From Thermodesulfobacteriota bacterium (GTDB taxonomy: Bacteria > Desulfobacterota_D > UBA1144 > Nemesobacterales > JAJCZQ01), in the NCBI GenBank assembly GCA_965215275.1, contig OZ244044.1, positions 32,001-96,000 on the forward strand: 64,000 nt of DNA. Direction: 5' to 3'. Positions 1-11,059 of this stretch are shown here, one piece after another (within the stretch, counting starts at the first letter, position 1; the number at the start of each line of letters is the position of its first letter). The notes beneath the pieces were generated by a model. That model had not been told where the DNA came from, did not search any database, and saw only the letters and a list, made by a program, of their open reading frames with translations. The translations under genes and the position numbers were made by a program.

Positions 1-865
1 AGTAGTTAATGGTCCGTTATTGTGTCTGCCCGCGTACTCGTCAACGTAGCGTTGCAGGTGTTTCCTGCTCATATAGTGTGGTAAGTTCCGGTATATCCCC
101 TCTTGAACGCAGACCGGAAACTTTCTATCCGGCGGTTGGTACGTGCTCGACCTTTTATATACTCTCCCACGCTGTGATTTACTCTCTCGTGAGCATATCC
201 CTTTTTACTCAATCCATTATATCCTGGATTATCATCCTTGTAAACCGTTGACCCGTCCGTAACCGTCTCTTTTATCATATTCTGCAGTTCTTCCTTCTTA
301 ATGGTTTCAGTTACCCTTGTCTTGATCTTCCTGTCTGCCCCTGACTTGATTCCTGCTACTGCTGACCTGGTCCTTCTGCCCTGTGTCCCTTCTGTCTTCT
401 TGCTTGCACGTTTGTTCTTTAACGATTCGCCCGCACGGGTCTCATCCATCTCTGTTGGAGAGAGCAAAGCATTATCCGACCGCCCTTCAAACGCTTTTCT
501 TATCCTGTGCGCTGAAAACCAGGCCGTATTCTGCGTTACCTCTAAATCCCTTGATAGTTTCAAACCTGAAACTCCTTTCAGATCGGTCGTTAACAAGTAA
601 ACGGACGCAAACCAAATCTGGAACGGTAATTTGCCTTGCTCCAATATCGTCCCCTGTCCTACGCTAAATCTCTTTCTGCAATCCTTACATCTGTACGGCG
701 TTGCACGTTCAGCCCTTACCGTCCTCATGCTTCCACAGTGAGGACAGAACCTGTCCTTCTCATCTTTACCCCATAATCTTTCTGAAAGGTAATTCCTTGC
801 TGATCCCTCATCCGGAAACTTCTTAAAAAAACTTGTAAAAACTTACCTTGTTTTTTTCCTCTCAT
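1..865 (-). pseudogene. IS1595-family (ISXO2-like DDE) transposase, frameshifted and running off the window edge
   Basis: ORF 69..728 has YRCKDCRKRF, EMDET and HERVNHS...IESF motifs. Other frames supply the N-terminus (FKKFPDEGSARNYL, FCPHCGS) and the C-terminus (MSRKHLQRYVDEYAGRHN), so there are at least two frameshifts. Confidence 0.9.
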
Positions 866-1155
866 CTATGGTTAATATACTTCCATAATATCACTCCTCT
901 ATCAAGTTGTCTTTATGTTAAACAAACAAGAACACATAGCCGGAGTGAAAACTGGTCGCAGAAAGGCTTATCTGTGCAGTTCAACTCACAAGAAGTCAGA
1001 TGAGTGTCTAGATATTCATACTTGTTGTATTCAATAGTGCTTTGCAAGAAAGAATAGTTGATCACAGGGAGATGAAAAGGCCGTATAGAGAAGTAACTCC
1101 CGTTAGCTGGAAGTATAAAACAAATTACTATGATCAGCAGAACAGGTTATATCGT

Positions 1156-1330
1156 TCATTCCCTTATGTTCTCCCCGGCCTTTTCAATCAAGTACAGGTA
1201 TCCGGACATAGTCTTTATGTTCAGTTCTGTTAATTCCCCTTCAACCCTTCTATCTCCCAAGACCTTAAAGACGGAGATTGCAGGTTCCTGCGTCTCATCG
1301 CCGTCTGGAAGAACCTGCTCGGCAGGGACA
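1156..1330 (-). pseudogene. Possible remnant of a BamA N-terminal POTRA domain
   Basis: A start-less frame reads ISVFKVLGDRRVEGELTELNIKTMSGYLYLIEKAGENIRE*, which fits a POTRA pattern. It lies directly downstream of lolD, where bamA commonly sits. Confidence 0.45.
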
Positions 1331-2011
1331 TTAGTTAACGTCGACTATTTTCCCATCCGACAGCGTTATCCTCTTGCTCAATCTGTCAATTGTCCTGAAG
1401 TTCTGGACGATCACAAGTGTAATGCCTTTTTCCTCGTTCAATCCTAAAAGGAGGTCGATTATGCCCATCCCCGTTTTAATGTCCAGGTTACCCGCCGGTT
1501 CATCTGCAAGCACTGCCTTCGGACCTAGAACGACAGACCTTGCAATTGCGACTCTCTGCTGCTCACCACCGGACAGTTCACCTGGCTTATGGCCTAATCT
1601 GTTTGCCAGACCAACCCTTTCCAGCGCGGCGGCGGACGTTTCCTCTGCCGTTCTGTTTTCCATTCCGTTCACCAGACAGTGTACCATAACGTTTTCCAAG
1701 GCATTTAGGTCCGGAAGAAGATAGGGGAACTGAAATATGAACCCTATCTTCTCGTTCCTGATCCGTGACAGGTTCTTGTCATCATGCTTAAAGACGTCAA
1801 TCCCATCAAACAATACCCTGCCCTCCGTTGGCCTCTTTAAAGTTCCCAGGATGCACAACAAGGTGCTTTTGCCAGACCCTGAATACCCCCGTATACCAAC
1901 AGTTTCACCATCGCGTATATTAAAGGTTACTCCCCTTAAAACTTCAACTGTATTGTTTTTATTTGACAAGGTCTTATAAACGCACTCAACCTCAAATATG
2001 TTTTTCATCAT
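1331..2011 (-). CDS. lolD: LolD-like ABC transporter ATP-binding protein, possibly degenerate
   Basis: GYSGSGKST, RNEKIGFIFQF, LSGGEQQRVAIAR and ADEPAGNLD are present; the H-loop VTH is replaced by VQN. Confidence 0.75.
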   Translation of the reverse strand: MMKNIFEVECVYKTLSNKNNTVEVLRGVTFNIRDGETVGIRGYSGSGKSTLLCILGTLKRPTEGRVLFDGIDVFKHDDKNLSRIRNEKIGFIFQFPYLLPDLNALENVMVHCLVNGMENRTAEETSAAALERVGLANRLGHKPGELSGGEQQRVAIARSVVLGPKAVLADEPAGNLDIKTGMGIIDLLLGLNEEKGITLVIVQNFRTIDRLSKRITLSDGKIVDVN

Positions 2012-2093
2012 TCATTAATATATTAGGACTTTAACCGGATCTTTGCAGACGTTCAAAAAAAAGAATTATAGTGAATAGTTGTCAAACCTCAAG

Positions 2094-2267
2094 CTACTTC
2101 TCTTTTTCCCTTCTATCTTTATCTTCATCAACTTCTTCGTCATAAAATCTTGGTTCAAAATCGGTTTTGCCCATTAATATCTTAACAATGTCGTCAAATA
2201 CTATCTCGTTCATTTCAGGATTTTTTCCCTGCTTTTTATACCATTCAAATTTACTCTTCTTTGTCAT
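2094..2267 (-). CDS. Small charged hypothetical protein (57 aa)
   Basis: ATG..TAG frame MTKKSKFEWYKKQGKNPEMNEIVFDDIVKILMGK..., with AGGAA upstream. Confidence 0.4.
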   Translation of the reverse strand: MTKKSKFEWYKKQGKNPEMNEIVFDDIVKILMGKTDFEPRFYDEEVDEDKDRREKEK

Positions 2268-2655
2268 TATAAGTTCCTGTTTCTTTCATATTCATATTTA
2301 TCAAAATACCTCTTGTATTCTAAATATTCACTTGTTTCCTCGTAGTTATTTTCTTGGTCGTAATTTGGAATAATCAAATAATTTTCCAGATCAAACTCTT
2401 TGACGTCAGACCCTGAACGGTTGACAGGCTGTATTTTACCTTTATTATTATCAGTGGGAACTGAATACCGTCAATTACAGTGAACGGGAAAAAAAAGGGA
2501 ATGATCCGTGCGTCCTGAATATCATTGTCATTGCAGGAAAGGAAAGAAAAGGAAATTACACTTGACATTCGTTCATAATACGAAGTAAAATATCAGTGTT
2601 ATGAAAAATTTCATGAAAAGATCAAACATAAAAACAAAAACACGTAGTTCCATTA

Positions 2656-2734
2656 CCCCCCCCCGTGTATACCTGACCTTTCAGCCTGGTATAAGTATTC
2701 TGTAAGAACAATGTTTAAGATAATCCCCCCCCCC
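2656..2734 (+). repeat. Two poly-C tracts (C9 at 2656-2664, C10 at 2725-2734) in the 5' region of the S8-like gene
   Basis: Directly visible homopolymers. Confidence 0.9.
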
Positions 2735-5700
2735 ATCCAGGTCATTACTGACTTTAGTCTTTATTCTACTGAGTATAATGGTCATAGCTGCAAAAGGGCA
2801 GAGCAGCCTGGAAGGACCATTATCTGAATGCAGAGGTAACAGTGCAGACGTGGAAGATCCGTTATACGGATGTCAGTGGCATCTGAAGAACACTGGACAG
2901 TTTATTTATTCAGGAAAGGAAATAACTGCAGGAGAAGATATAAATATAGAGGGAGTGTGGAACGATGACGTATACGGTTCCGGAATTAATATAGCAATAG
3001 TAAGTGACGGTATGGACCTTTCACATGAGGACCTTTCTGCAAACGTCCGTTCCGGACTGAACTATGATCATTCTGGAAAAAACAATTCTGAAGAAAACAG
3101 TTCAGAAAGCGTTGATCTGTCTGACGGTTCATCCTTTAGTGGAACACGAGCGGCAGGTGTAATTGCAGCAACTGGATATAACGGACTGGGAGTAAGAGGA
3201 ACAGCACCTGGTGCGAGTATATACAGTTACAGGTTATCCGGTGATCTCAGTGAAGCGGACGCAGGGGACGCAAAGGAAATAACCGCTGTATCGGTTAACG
3301 ACTGGGGACCGGAAGATAAATACTTACTTGTTCAGGCATCAACTGTGTGGGAAGAAGGATTGGAACTTGGAATAAGTAAAGGGTTTTACGGTAAAGGAGT
3401 GTTTTACGTCCGGGGAGCAGGGGACGGGCATGAGAATAACGATCAGGCTAATTTTTCTGAATATTCTAATTACTACGGCGTAACTGCCGTGTGTTCAACA
3501 GACGGCTTTGGAAAAAAGAGTATATTTTCAGAAGAGGGAGTAAATCTATGGGTATGTGCACCTGGTTCTGATATTGTAACTACTGATAACAATAACGATT
3601 ACGTTGTAACATCCGGAACTGTCCTATCAGCTTCACAGGCTGGAGGAGTGGCAGCACTGCTGAGAGAGGTGAATGGAAATCTGAGCTGGAGGGATATAAA
3701 GCTTATACTTGCGGGTTCAGCACGGCAGAACGACGTTTCTGACCTTATCTGGGAGACTGGAGCATTTAAATACGGCTCTGACGTGGAAAGATATAAATAT
3801 AATCCTAAGTATGGTTTTGGAGTGGTAGACGCGGAAGCAGCGGCAGAGCTTGCAGAAAGCTGGAAAGGCGTTGGTGAGATGAGGACCGTTACAGCCTTTT
3901 CAGATAATGAGATAACAATTCCTTATGGAGAAGGGAATGGAGAAGGAGAGGCAGACGGGGTCGCTGTCTCAGGACTTATTATCCCTGACCTTGAAGAAAC
4001 AACGTTTACGGAGTTCGTTGAAGTTGAACTTGTTCTCTCGTGTGACTGCTTACAGGACCTCAATATAAATATAACCTCTCCTTCCGGGACAGTATCTGAA
4101 CTTGTGCGGGAGGTTGTAAGTGGACCTTCGGATGAAAAAGAAAAGAACTGCGTCAGTTACCTGAGAAGAACACATCGTTTCGGGTCGGCAAGACACCTCG
4201 GAGAAGACCCTTCCGGAGAATGGATCCTTCATATAACTGATACTGCTTATGGAGATGAAGAAAATGAAGAAAACACCGTTACCCTGCACTCATGGAGCGT
4301 TAAGGTGTATGGACATTTTTATCAGGGATCTGGCAGTGAGATCACTCCTAAAGCTTTAACCTTCGGCGGTGCGACGATCCCAACCCAGAATTATTTTGTA
4401 GGAGAAGCAATAACACCAGTAATGCTGCCTGAGGCAACCGGGGCAAGCGACATAACATACAGTTTTAATCCTGCTTTAGCAAGAGGATTGGAATTTGATC
4501 AGGATACCCGAACTATAAGCGGAACACCAGCTATTACTCATGTGTCAGGTCGTTTGTATTCATATGTTGCAAGAGGTGGCGGACGGGTTGTAACTATAGC
4601 TTTTACTATTAGAATTAGCCCTCGACGAGTGCCGATCTTCGGCAATCAGACGGTAGAAGATCAGGTGTGGGGTAACGGCAGAGCAGTAACGTTAACTCTG
4701 CCTCAGGCTACCGGAGGTAACGGAACTTTAAATTACAGTTTAACTCCTGCTTTATCTTCTATTGGATTGAGTTTTAACAGTTCCACTCGGCAGATAACCG
4801 GAACGACCAACGTCAGTGGACAACTACCCGTAACTACTACTTATACTTATAAGGTAACTGATGATGACGGAGACACGGATACTCGCACCTTCTCTATTAC
4901 TATAGAAGCGAACTCAGAGCCGAGCTTTGGAGGTCAGACTATCCCGAATCAGATATATATTCAAGGGACAACGGCAGGTCTTCCGGTAACGCTTCCTGCT
5001 GCCACTGGTGGTAATTCTCCACTTGTTTATAGTATCTCTCCTGCTTTACCTAATGTATTGAGTTTTAATCCTGATACCCGAGTGATAAGTGGAACTCCAA
5101 TTCAACATATACCTATACCAGTAACTTATACATATAAGGTAACGGACAATGACGGAGATACAGACGAGTTAACATTCAGTATCACAGTAAGAGCAGAACC
5201 CAACACAATGCCGACCTTCGGCAGTGAGACCATAGAAAATAAAGTGTATATAAACGGAGAAGCAGTAATGGAAACACTGCCAGAGGCAACGTCAGGGAAT
5301 GCACCATTAACTTACAGTTTAAATAGGGGTAATAGTGCTTTATTTAAGGAATTGATATTTACTGCATCTACCAGAGAGTTAAGTGGGACACCCAACCTTG
5401 ATGCACGAATACTTCCTATAACTAAGGCTTTTACATATAAAGTAACAGACAATGATGGAGATACAGCAGAGATAACGTTCAGTATAACGATAGAAGAAGA
5501 CAGCGAACCGGACTTCAGCGTGACGACGATAGAAGATCAGGTGTACATGGGGAGATCAATAAGGTTGCCGGTAGCAACGGGAGGGAATGCACCGTTAGTA
5601 TACAGTATAACGCCTCCCTTACCTCCTGGGTTGAGATTGGACAGAAACACAGGGGAAATAAGCGGGACGCCCGCGAGTGCGTCGTCTGAGAGGACCTACA

Positions 5701-5933
5701 CGTACACGGTAACGGACAGGAATGGAGACATTAAAGAGTTGACCTTCAGGTTCAGTGCAGCGGCTCCGCCACCGACAGGTAGTGATCCAGGCGGAGGTGG
5801 AGGAGGATGTGCTGTATCAGATCAGAGCAGTGTTGCTTATGATATTCTCGGAGTAATGGCATGTCTGATGCTTATACCCGTGTCGGTATTGATCAGAAGG
5901 AAGGGAAGAGCTCGGATAAGGACCTGGCAATGA
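2711..5933 (+). CDS. Kexin/S8-family pseudo-protease with P-domain, five Ig-like (He_PIG-type) repeats and a C-terminal Gly-Gly-Cys/TM/basic sorting tail; open frame is 2778..5933, signal peptide frameshifted at C10
   Basis: DPLYGCQWHL, LSWRDIKLIL, YGFGVVDA and a P-domain (ITSPSGT, GEWILHITD, LHSWSVKVYG); repeats of LPxATGGNxxLxYS...ISGTP...YTYxVTDxDGD; tail GGGGGGCAV...LIRRKGR. Confidence 0.85.
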
Positions 5934-6349
5934 GGTCCTTTCAGGGACGTTCATGATAGAGGACCGCGTAATGGTCCTCCCCTGTACCCGTCCGCTTAAG
6001 GTAAAGGCAGCGTTACCGCGCACTGGACCGTCCCTGTATTCTGATGAGACGACGGGAGAAGCAGAGGAAGGCATCAGCACGGGTGATCTTCCGAACGTTC
6101 CGTTTACTGAGGTATGTTATTCTCTAAATTGAATAGTAATAAGTTCACATTGTCAGGACTTATAAAAGAAAACAAAAAAACTCAGCTATTATTATAAGGG
6201 TTAAACATAATATAGTAGCTGCTAAATTATCTAATCTCTAATTCTGGGGCAAATGGTATATGATTCCTATATTTAATTGGGTAGAATAGCAATTTTTATA
6301 ACTTATATAAATTTTTACCGTTTGTATGAAGAAATCTTGAAAAAATGTT

Positions 6350-6378
6350 TTGACAAATACAAAAGAAGTGATAAAAAT
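6350..6378 (+). promoter_or_regulatory. Candidate sigma70 promoter for tuf/S10
   Basis: TTGACA at 6350 followed by TGATAAAAAT; the -10 element is imperfect. Confidence 0.4.
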
Positions 6379-6472
6379 AAACAGTTTACATTTCAGATCA
6401 AAGATAAAGGTCGTCAGGAAAAAGGAGCAGGTAAACTCAGGGTAAGTTATAAGCAGGAGGAGGGAGTAATTA

Positions 6473-7657
6473 ATGTCAAAGGAGAAATTTGAGCGAGGAA
6501 AGCCTCATCTGAACGTTGGGACGATAGGGCACGTGGATCATGGGAAGACGACGTTAACGGCGGCAATAACAAAGGTATTGAGCAAGCAGGGGCAGGCGGA
6601 GTACGTGGAGTTCGGGGACATAGACAAGGCGCCGGAGGAAAGGGAGAGAGGGATAACGATAAGCATAGCGCACGTGGAATACGAGACGGACGGCAGGCAT
6701 TACGCACACGTGGACTGTCCGGGACATGCGGACTACGTGAAGAACATGATAACGGGAGCGGCCCAGATGGACGGAGCAATACTTGTGGTAAGTGCACCTG
6801 ATGGACCGATGCCGCAGACAAGGGAGCATATACTGCTTGCTAAGCAGGTAGGAGTGCCGTATATAGTGGTGGCACTGAACAAGGTGGACATGCTGGACGA
6901 TGAGGAGCTACAGGACCTGGTGGAGCTTGAGGTAAGGGAACTGCTGAGCCAGTACGAGTTCCCCGGGGACGATGTACCCGTGGTAAAGGTGAGCGCGTTA
7001 AAGGCACTGGAAGGGGACGAGGGTTGTGAAGGACAGATAAAGGAACTTATGGGGGAGGTAGACAGATACATACCTGAGCCTGAGAGGGACCTTGACAGGC
7101 CGTTCCTGATGGCGATAGAGGACGTGTTCACGATATCAGGGAGGGGGACAGTGGTAACGGGAAGAGTAGAGCGAGGGAATATAGTGGCAGGGGACGAGAT
7201 AGAGATAGTAGGATTTAAAGATACGCGCAAGACGGTGGCAACTAGCCTTGAGATGTTCAGGAAGATACTGGACGATGCCCAGGCGGGAGATAACGTGGGA
7301 GTGCTGCTCAGGGGGATAGGTAAGGAAGAAGTGGAGAGAGGGCAGGTACTTGCAGCGCCTGGTGCTATAACGCCGCACAGGCGTTTCAATGCAGAGGTAT
7401 ACGTACTGAAGAAGGAGGAAGGAGGAAGGCACACTCCGTTCTTTCCTGGATACAGGCCGCAGTTTTACTTTAGAACGACGGACGTGACGGGGAGCATAAA
7501 GCTGCCGGAAGGAGTGGAGATGGTGATGCCGGGGGATAATATAAACATGGAAGTGGAACTTATAAGTCCCGTTGCAATGGACGAGCAGTTGAGATTTGCG
7601 ATAAGGGAAGGCGGCAGGACCGTCGGTGCAGGAGTGGTTACTTCCATTACAGAGTAG
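6473..7657 (+). CDS. tuf: Elongation factor Tu
   Basis: [21 protein letters not shown], strong SD. Confidence 0.99.
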   Translation: MSKEKFERGKPHLNVGTIGHVDHGKTTLTAAITKVLSKQGQAEYVEFGDIDKAPEERERGITISIAHVEYETDGRHYAHVDCPGHADYVKNMITGAAQMDGAILVVSAPDGPMPQTREHILLAKQVGVPYIVVALNKVDMLDDEELQDLVELEVRELLSQYEFPGDDVPVVKVSALKALEGDEGCEGQIKELMGEVDRYIPEPERDLDRPFLMAIEDVFTISGRGTVVTGRVERGNIVAGDEIEIVGFKDTRKTVATSLEMFRKILDDAQAGDNVGVLLRGIGKEEVERGQVLAAPGAITPHRRFNAEVYVLKKEEGGRHTPFFPGYRPQFYFRTTDVTGSIKLPEGVEMVMPGDNINMEVELISPVAMDEQLRFAIREGGRTVGAGVVTSITE

Positions 7658-7672
7658 CTTTCAGGTATTTAC

Positions 7673-7993
7673 ATGAGCGCAACCGCTAAAATAAGAATAA
7701 AGCTGAAGTCCTTTGATCATAAACTGCTGGACAAGTCCACCGTTGAGATCGTTGATACGGCAAAAAGAACTGGTACAAGAATATCAGGACCCGTTCCGAT
7801 CCCGACCAAGGTAAGCAGGTACTGCATACTGCGTTCTCCTCACGTTAACAAGAACTCAAGGGAGCATTTTGAAATAAGAACGCACAAAAGACTGGTTGAG
7901 ATACTTGAACCGACCCAGCAGACGATCGATGAACTGATGAAACTGGAACTGGCTTCAGGGGTTGAAGTAGAGATCAAACTGACGGGAGTATAA
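7673..7993 (+). CDS. rpsJ: 30S ribosomal protein S10
   Basis: [18 protein letters not shown]. Confidence 0.99.
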   Translation: MSATAKIRIKLKSFDHKLLDKSTVEIVDTAKRTGTRISGPVPIPTKVSRYCILRSPHVNKNSREHFEIRTHKRLVEILEPTQQTIDELMKLELASGVEVEIKLTGV

Positions 7994-7998
7994 CTTTC

Positions 7999-8637
7999 AT
8001 GATACAGGGTCTGATCGGAAAAAAAATCGGCATGACGCAGCTCTTTGACCAGGAGTCGCTCATGGTGGTCGTGACCCTGGTAGAGGCCGGTCCCTGTTAC
8101 GTTGTATCCAGAAAGACGGTTCAGAGCGACGGTTATGAAGCTCTTCAGCTGGGCTTTGGTAAGGGAAAACCCCAGAGGTTCAGCAAACCCATGTCGGGGC
8201 ATTTCAAGAAGTCGAAAGTCCCACCGCTGAAAGTCCTCAAAGAGTTCAAAGCTGAAAACGTCGAGGACTACCAGCCTGGTCAGGAAATTAAAGCGGATAT
8301 TTTCAGTTCAGGGGATATCCTGGATATTACGGGCGTGAGCAAAGGCAAGGGTTTTTCCGGCACGATGAAGAGGTACGGCTTCAGAGGGGGACCCAGTTCT
8401 CATGGAGGTATGGCTCACAGAAGACCCGGTTCCATAGGTCAGGCCTCTTATCCCGGAAGGGTCTTTAAAGGAATAAAAATGGCAGGAAGGATGGGTGGAA
8501 GGAACACAACGGTCCGGGGCGTCAGAGTGGTCAGCGTGGACCCTGATAAGAACCTGATCGCCGTCAGGGGCTCACTTCCAGGTCCTGATGGCGGGACTTT
8601 ATTATTAAAACTGGTCTCAAGGAACGGAGATAAGTAA
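7999..8637 (+). CDS. rplC: 50S ribosomal protein L3
   Basis: GKKIGMTQ, SKGKGF, RRPGSIG. Confidence 0.99.
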   Translation: MIQGLIGKKIGMTQLFDQESLMVVVTLVEAGPCYVVSRKTVQSDGYEALQLGFGKGKPQRFSKPMSGHFKKSKVPPLKVLKEFKAENVEDYQPGQEIKADIFSSGDILDITGVSKGKGFSGTMKRYGFRGGPSSHGGMAHRRPGSIGQASYPGRVFKGIKMAGRMGGRNTTVRGVRVVSVDPDKNLIAVRGSLPGPDGGTLLLKLVSRNGDK

Positions 8638-9261
8638 TTGCCGCAGATCGATGTTTATGACCTGAAGAAGAACAAGACGGGAGAGGCCACTCTCAGTCCG
8701 GAAATATTTGAATTTCCGGTAAAGGAACCTTTATTACACCTGGTTACGAGATGGCAGCTTGCTTCCAGACGTGCAGGTTCTGCTTCCACGAAGACCAAAG
8801 GGGAAGTAAGGGGAGGGGGCAGGAAGCCATGGAGACAGAAAGGTTCAGGAAGGGCAAGGAGCGGTTCCAGCAGGTCGCCCCTGTGGAGGGGAGGCGGGGT
8901 TACTTTTGGTCCAAAGCCAAAGGACTGGTCTTTCTCTCTGCCCAAGAAGGTCAGAAAGCAGGCGATCAGATCGGCACTGTCGCATAAGTATAAAGAGAAC
9001 ATGATCTACGTTCTGGAGGATTTTAAGCTTCCGAAGATCAAAACCAGGCAGGTAGTGGACTTTATGAAAAAATTCGATATTACCGAATGTCTTATACTGG
9101 ATAATGACGGGAATGAAAACCTGATAAGGTCGGCAAACAATCTGAAGAACGTAAAAGTCTCGAAAGGTAACGCGCTGAACGTCTACGACATGTTAAGGTT
9201 CAGGTATCTTGTTATGACGAAAGATCTGCTGGACAGAGTCCAGAAGGTGTTTAAAAATTGA
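8638..9261 (+). CDS. rplD: 50S ribosomal protein L4 (TTG start)
   Basis: KPWRQKGSGRAR. Confidence 0.99.
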   Translation: MPQIDVYDLKKNKTGEATLSPEIFEFPVKEPLLHLVTRWQLASRRAGSASTKTKGEVRGGGRKPWRQKGSGRARSGSSRSPLWRGGGVTFGPKPKDWSFSLPKKVRKQAIRSALSHKYKENMIYVLEDFKLPKIKTRQVVDFMKKFDITECLILDNDGNENLIRSANNLKNVKVSKGNALNVYDMLRFRYLVMTKDLLDRVQKVFKN

Positions 9262-9545
9262 AAGATCACAGAAATGTAATAAAATCACCTCTGATTACCG
9301 AGAAGACGACCGATCTTAAAGAGAAGGACTGGTACGTTTTTTCCGTTGACAGAACGACCACGAAGAACGAGATCAGGGACTCCGTGGAGAAGATCTTCAA
9401 GGTGAAGGTGGAAAAGGTCAGGACCCTTACCGTGGCGGGCAAGGTCGTAAAGAAGTTCGGGAGAACTATCGGCCGGCGCTCAGCGGTGAAAAAGGCCTAC
9501 GTTAAACTGAAGGAAGGGAGCATAGAGCTGTTTGAAGGTGTTTAA
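9258..9545 (+). CDS. rplW: 50S ribosomal protein L23 (TTG start)
   Basis: PLITEK, KKAYVKL. Confidence 0.98.
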   Translation: MKDHRNVIKSPLITEKTTDLKEKDWYVFSVDRTTTKNEIRDSVEKIFKVKVEKVRTLTVAGKVVKKFGRTIGRRSAVKKAYVKLKEGSIELFEGV

Positions 9546-9548
9546 ACG

Positions 9549-10391
9549 ATGGGAATAAGGAAGTACAAGCCGAAAAGTGCCGGGACCAGGTTCAGATCAG
9601 GTCAGGATTTTGCAGAACTGACAAGGGACCGTTCAGAGAAGTCGCTTACCATCTCGCTTAACAGGAGGTCCGGAAGAAATAATAATGGACGGATCACGAG
9701 TCGTGGCAGGGGAGGTGGTCATAAAAGGCTGTACAGGATAATTGATTTTAAAAGGGATAAGCACGGCGTGCCCGCAAAGGTGTTTTCGGTGGAGTACGAC
9801 CCTTACAGGTCCGCCCGGATAGCACTGCTTCATTATGATGACGGCGAGAAAAGATACATACTGGCCTCGGAAGGCATGAAGGTCGGAGATATGGTCTCTT
9901 CGGGGGTGGATTCTGAAATCCAGGCGGGGAATTCGCTTCCGATAGAAAAGATCCCCGTTGGTACCGTGGTTCACTGTATTGAACTGAGACCGGGTGGTGG
10001 TGCAAAGCTTGAAAGGTCCGCAGGTGCCTCGGCACAGATAAACGCGAAGGAAGGAAGCTATGCCAACGTCAGGTTAAGTTCTGGCGAGATCAGATTGATA
10101 CACGTTAAATGCAGTGCTACCATAGGACGGGTGGGAAACTCGGAACATCAGCTCGTAACGCTGGGTAAGGCTGGAAGGAGCAGACACAGCGGCAGAAGAC
10201 CGCACGTCAGAGGAGTGGCCATGAACCCCGTGGACCATCCCCATGGCGGTGGCGAAGGCAAGGCGACGAAAGGCAATCCACACCCCGTGTCTCCCTGGGG
10301 CTGGATAACCATAGGTTACAAGACGAGAAAGAACAAAAAAACGGATAAATACGTGGTCAGGCGGAAAAGAGTAGGCTACGGAATGGATTAA
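9549..10391 (+). CDS. rplB: 50S ribosomal protein L2
   Basis: [26 protein letters not shown]. Confidence 0.99.
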   Translation: MGIRKYKPKSAGTRFRSGQDFAELTRDRSEKSLTISLNRRSGRNNNGRITSRGRGGGHKRLYRIIDFKRDKHGVPAKVFSVEYDPYRSARIALLHYDDGEKRYILASEGMKVGDMVSSGVDSEIQAGNSLPIEKIPVGTVVHCIELRPGGGAKLERSAGASAQINAKEGSYANVRLSSGEIRLIHVKCSATIGRVGNSEHQLVTLGKAGRSRHSGRRPHVRGVAMNPVDHPHGGGEGKATKGNPHPVSPWGWITIGYKTRKNKKTDKYVVRRKRVGYGMD

Positions 10392-10405
10392 GGAGTAGAT
10401 GAATA

Positions 10406-10699
10406 ATGCCCAGATCGAGTAAAAAAGGTATTTACGTTGCTTCCAAGCTGATGAAAAAGGTTCAGATGCAGAAGGATTCCGGCAGCTTGCAGATCATAAA
10501 GACCTGGTCAAGGGGTTCTATGATCGTTCCTGAGATGATCGATCTTACGTTCGGGGTCTATAACGGAAGAAAGTTCATCCCGGTTTACGTAACCGAGCAT
10601 ATGATAGGGCACAAACTGGGAGAGTTCTCTCCCACCAGGACCTACCACGGGCATACCGCCGGGGATAAGAAGGCCAAGAGGTTAAAGGGCAGTAAATAG
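10406..10699 (+). CDS. rpsS: 30S ribosomal protein S19
   Basis: [17 protein letters not shown]. Confidence 0.99.
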   Translation: MPRSSKKGIYVASKLMKKVQMQKDSGSLQIIKTWSRGSMIVPEMIDLTFGVYNGRKFIPVYVTEHMIGHKLGEFSPTRTYHGHTAGDKKAKRLKGSK

Positions 10700-10718
10700 A
10701 TCCGGAGTGATATTAACT

Positions 10719-11057
10719 ATGGTTTCAAGGGCAGTTTTAAAATATATAAAGGTATCTCCGAAAAAGATGGGTATAGTACTTGACGTTATAAGGAACAGGA
10801 ACGTTGAGGATGCGTTCAGTCTGCTTTCCGGATTGAAGAAAAAATCTTCTCCCATCGTTGTGAAAGCATTGCAGTCGGCCGTGGCAAATGCTTCCGAGAA
10901 GGGTTATTCGGAGACGGAATACCTGTACGTCAAGACCGCCGTCGCGTCCGCGGGTCCGACGTTAAAAAGGTATAAGTCCAGGGCAATGGGCAGGGCAACG
11001 CCGAGAAAAAGAAGAACGAGTCACATAGTGATCGAACTAGAAGGAAGAGGGCTGTAA
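10719..11057 (+). CDS. rplV: 50S ribosomal protein L22
   Basis: SAVANA, RAMGRA, RTSHI; start placed at ATG 10719. Confidence 0.97.
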   Translation: MVSRAVLKYIKVSPKKMGIVLDVIRNRNVEDAFSLLSGLKKKSSPIVVKALQSAVANASEKGYSETEYLYVKTAVASAGPTLKRYKSRAMGRATPRKRRTSHIVIELEGRGL

Positions 11058-11059
11058 AA

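Noticed and set aside
866..1110. Terminal inverted repeat of the IS1595 pseudogene
   Set aside because: No copy of the dispersed motif at the expected distance; only a partial TAACTCCC at ~1094-1101, and the other end is outside the window.
5934..6130. Possible gene remnant after the pseudo-protease
   Set aside because: Coding-like composition, but no frame could be assigned to a known family.
6277..6492. 71-aa ORF upstream of tuf
   Set aside because: Spans an AT-rich promoter/leader region with a TTG start and no recognisable features.
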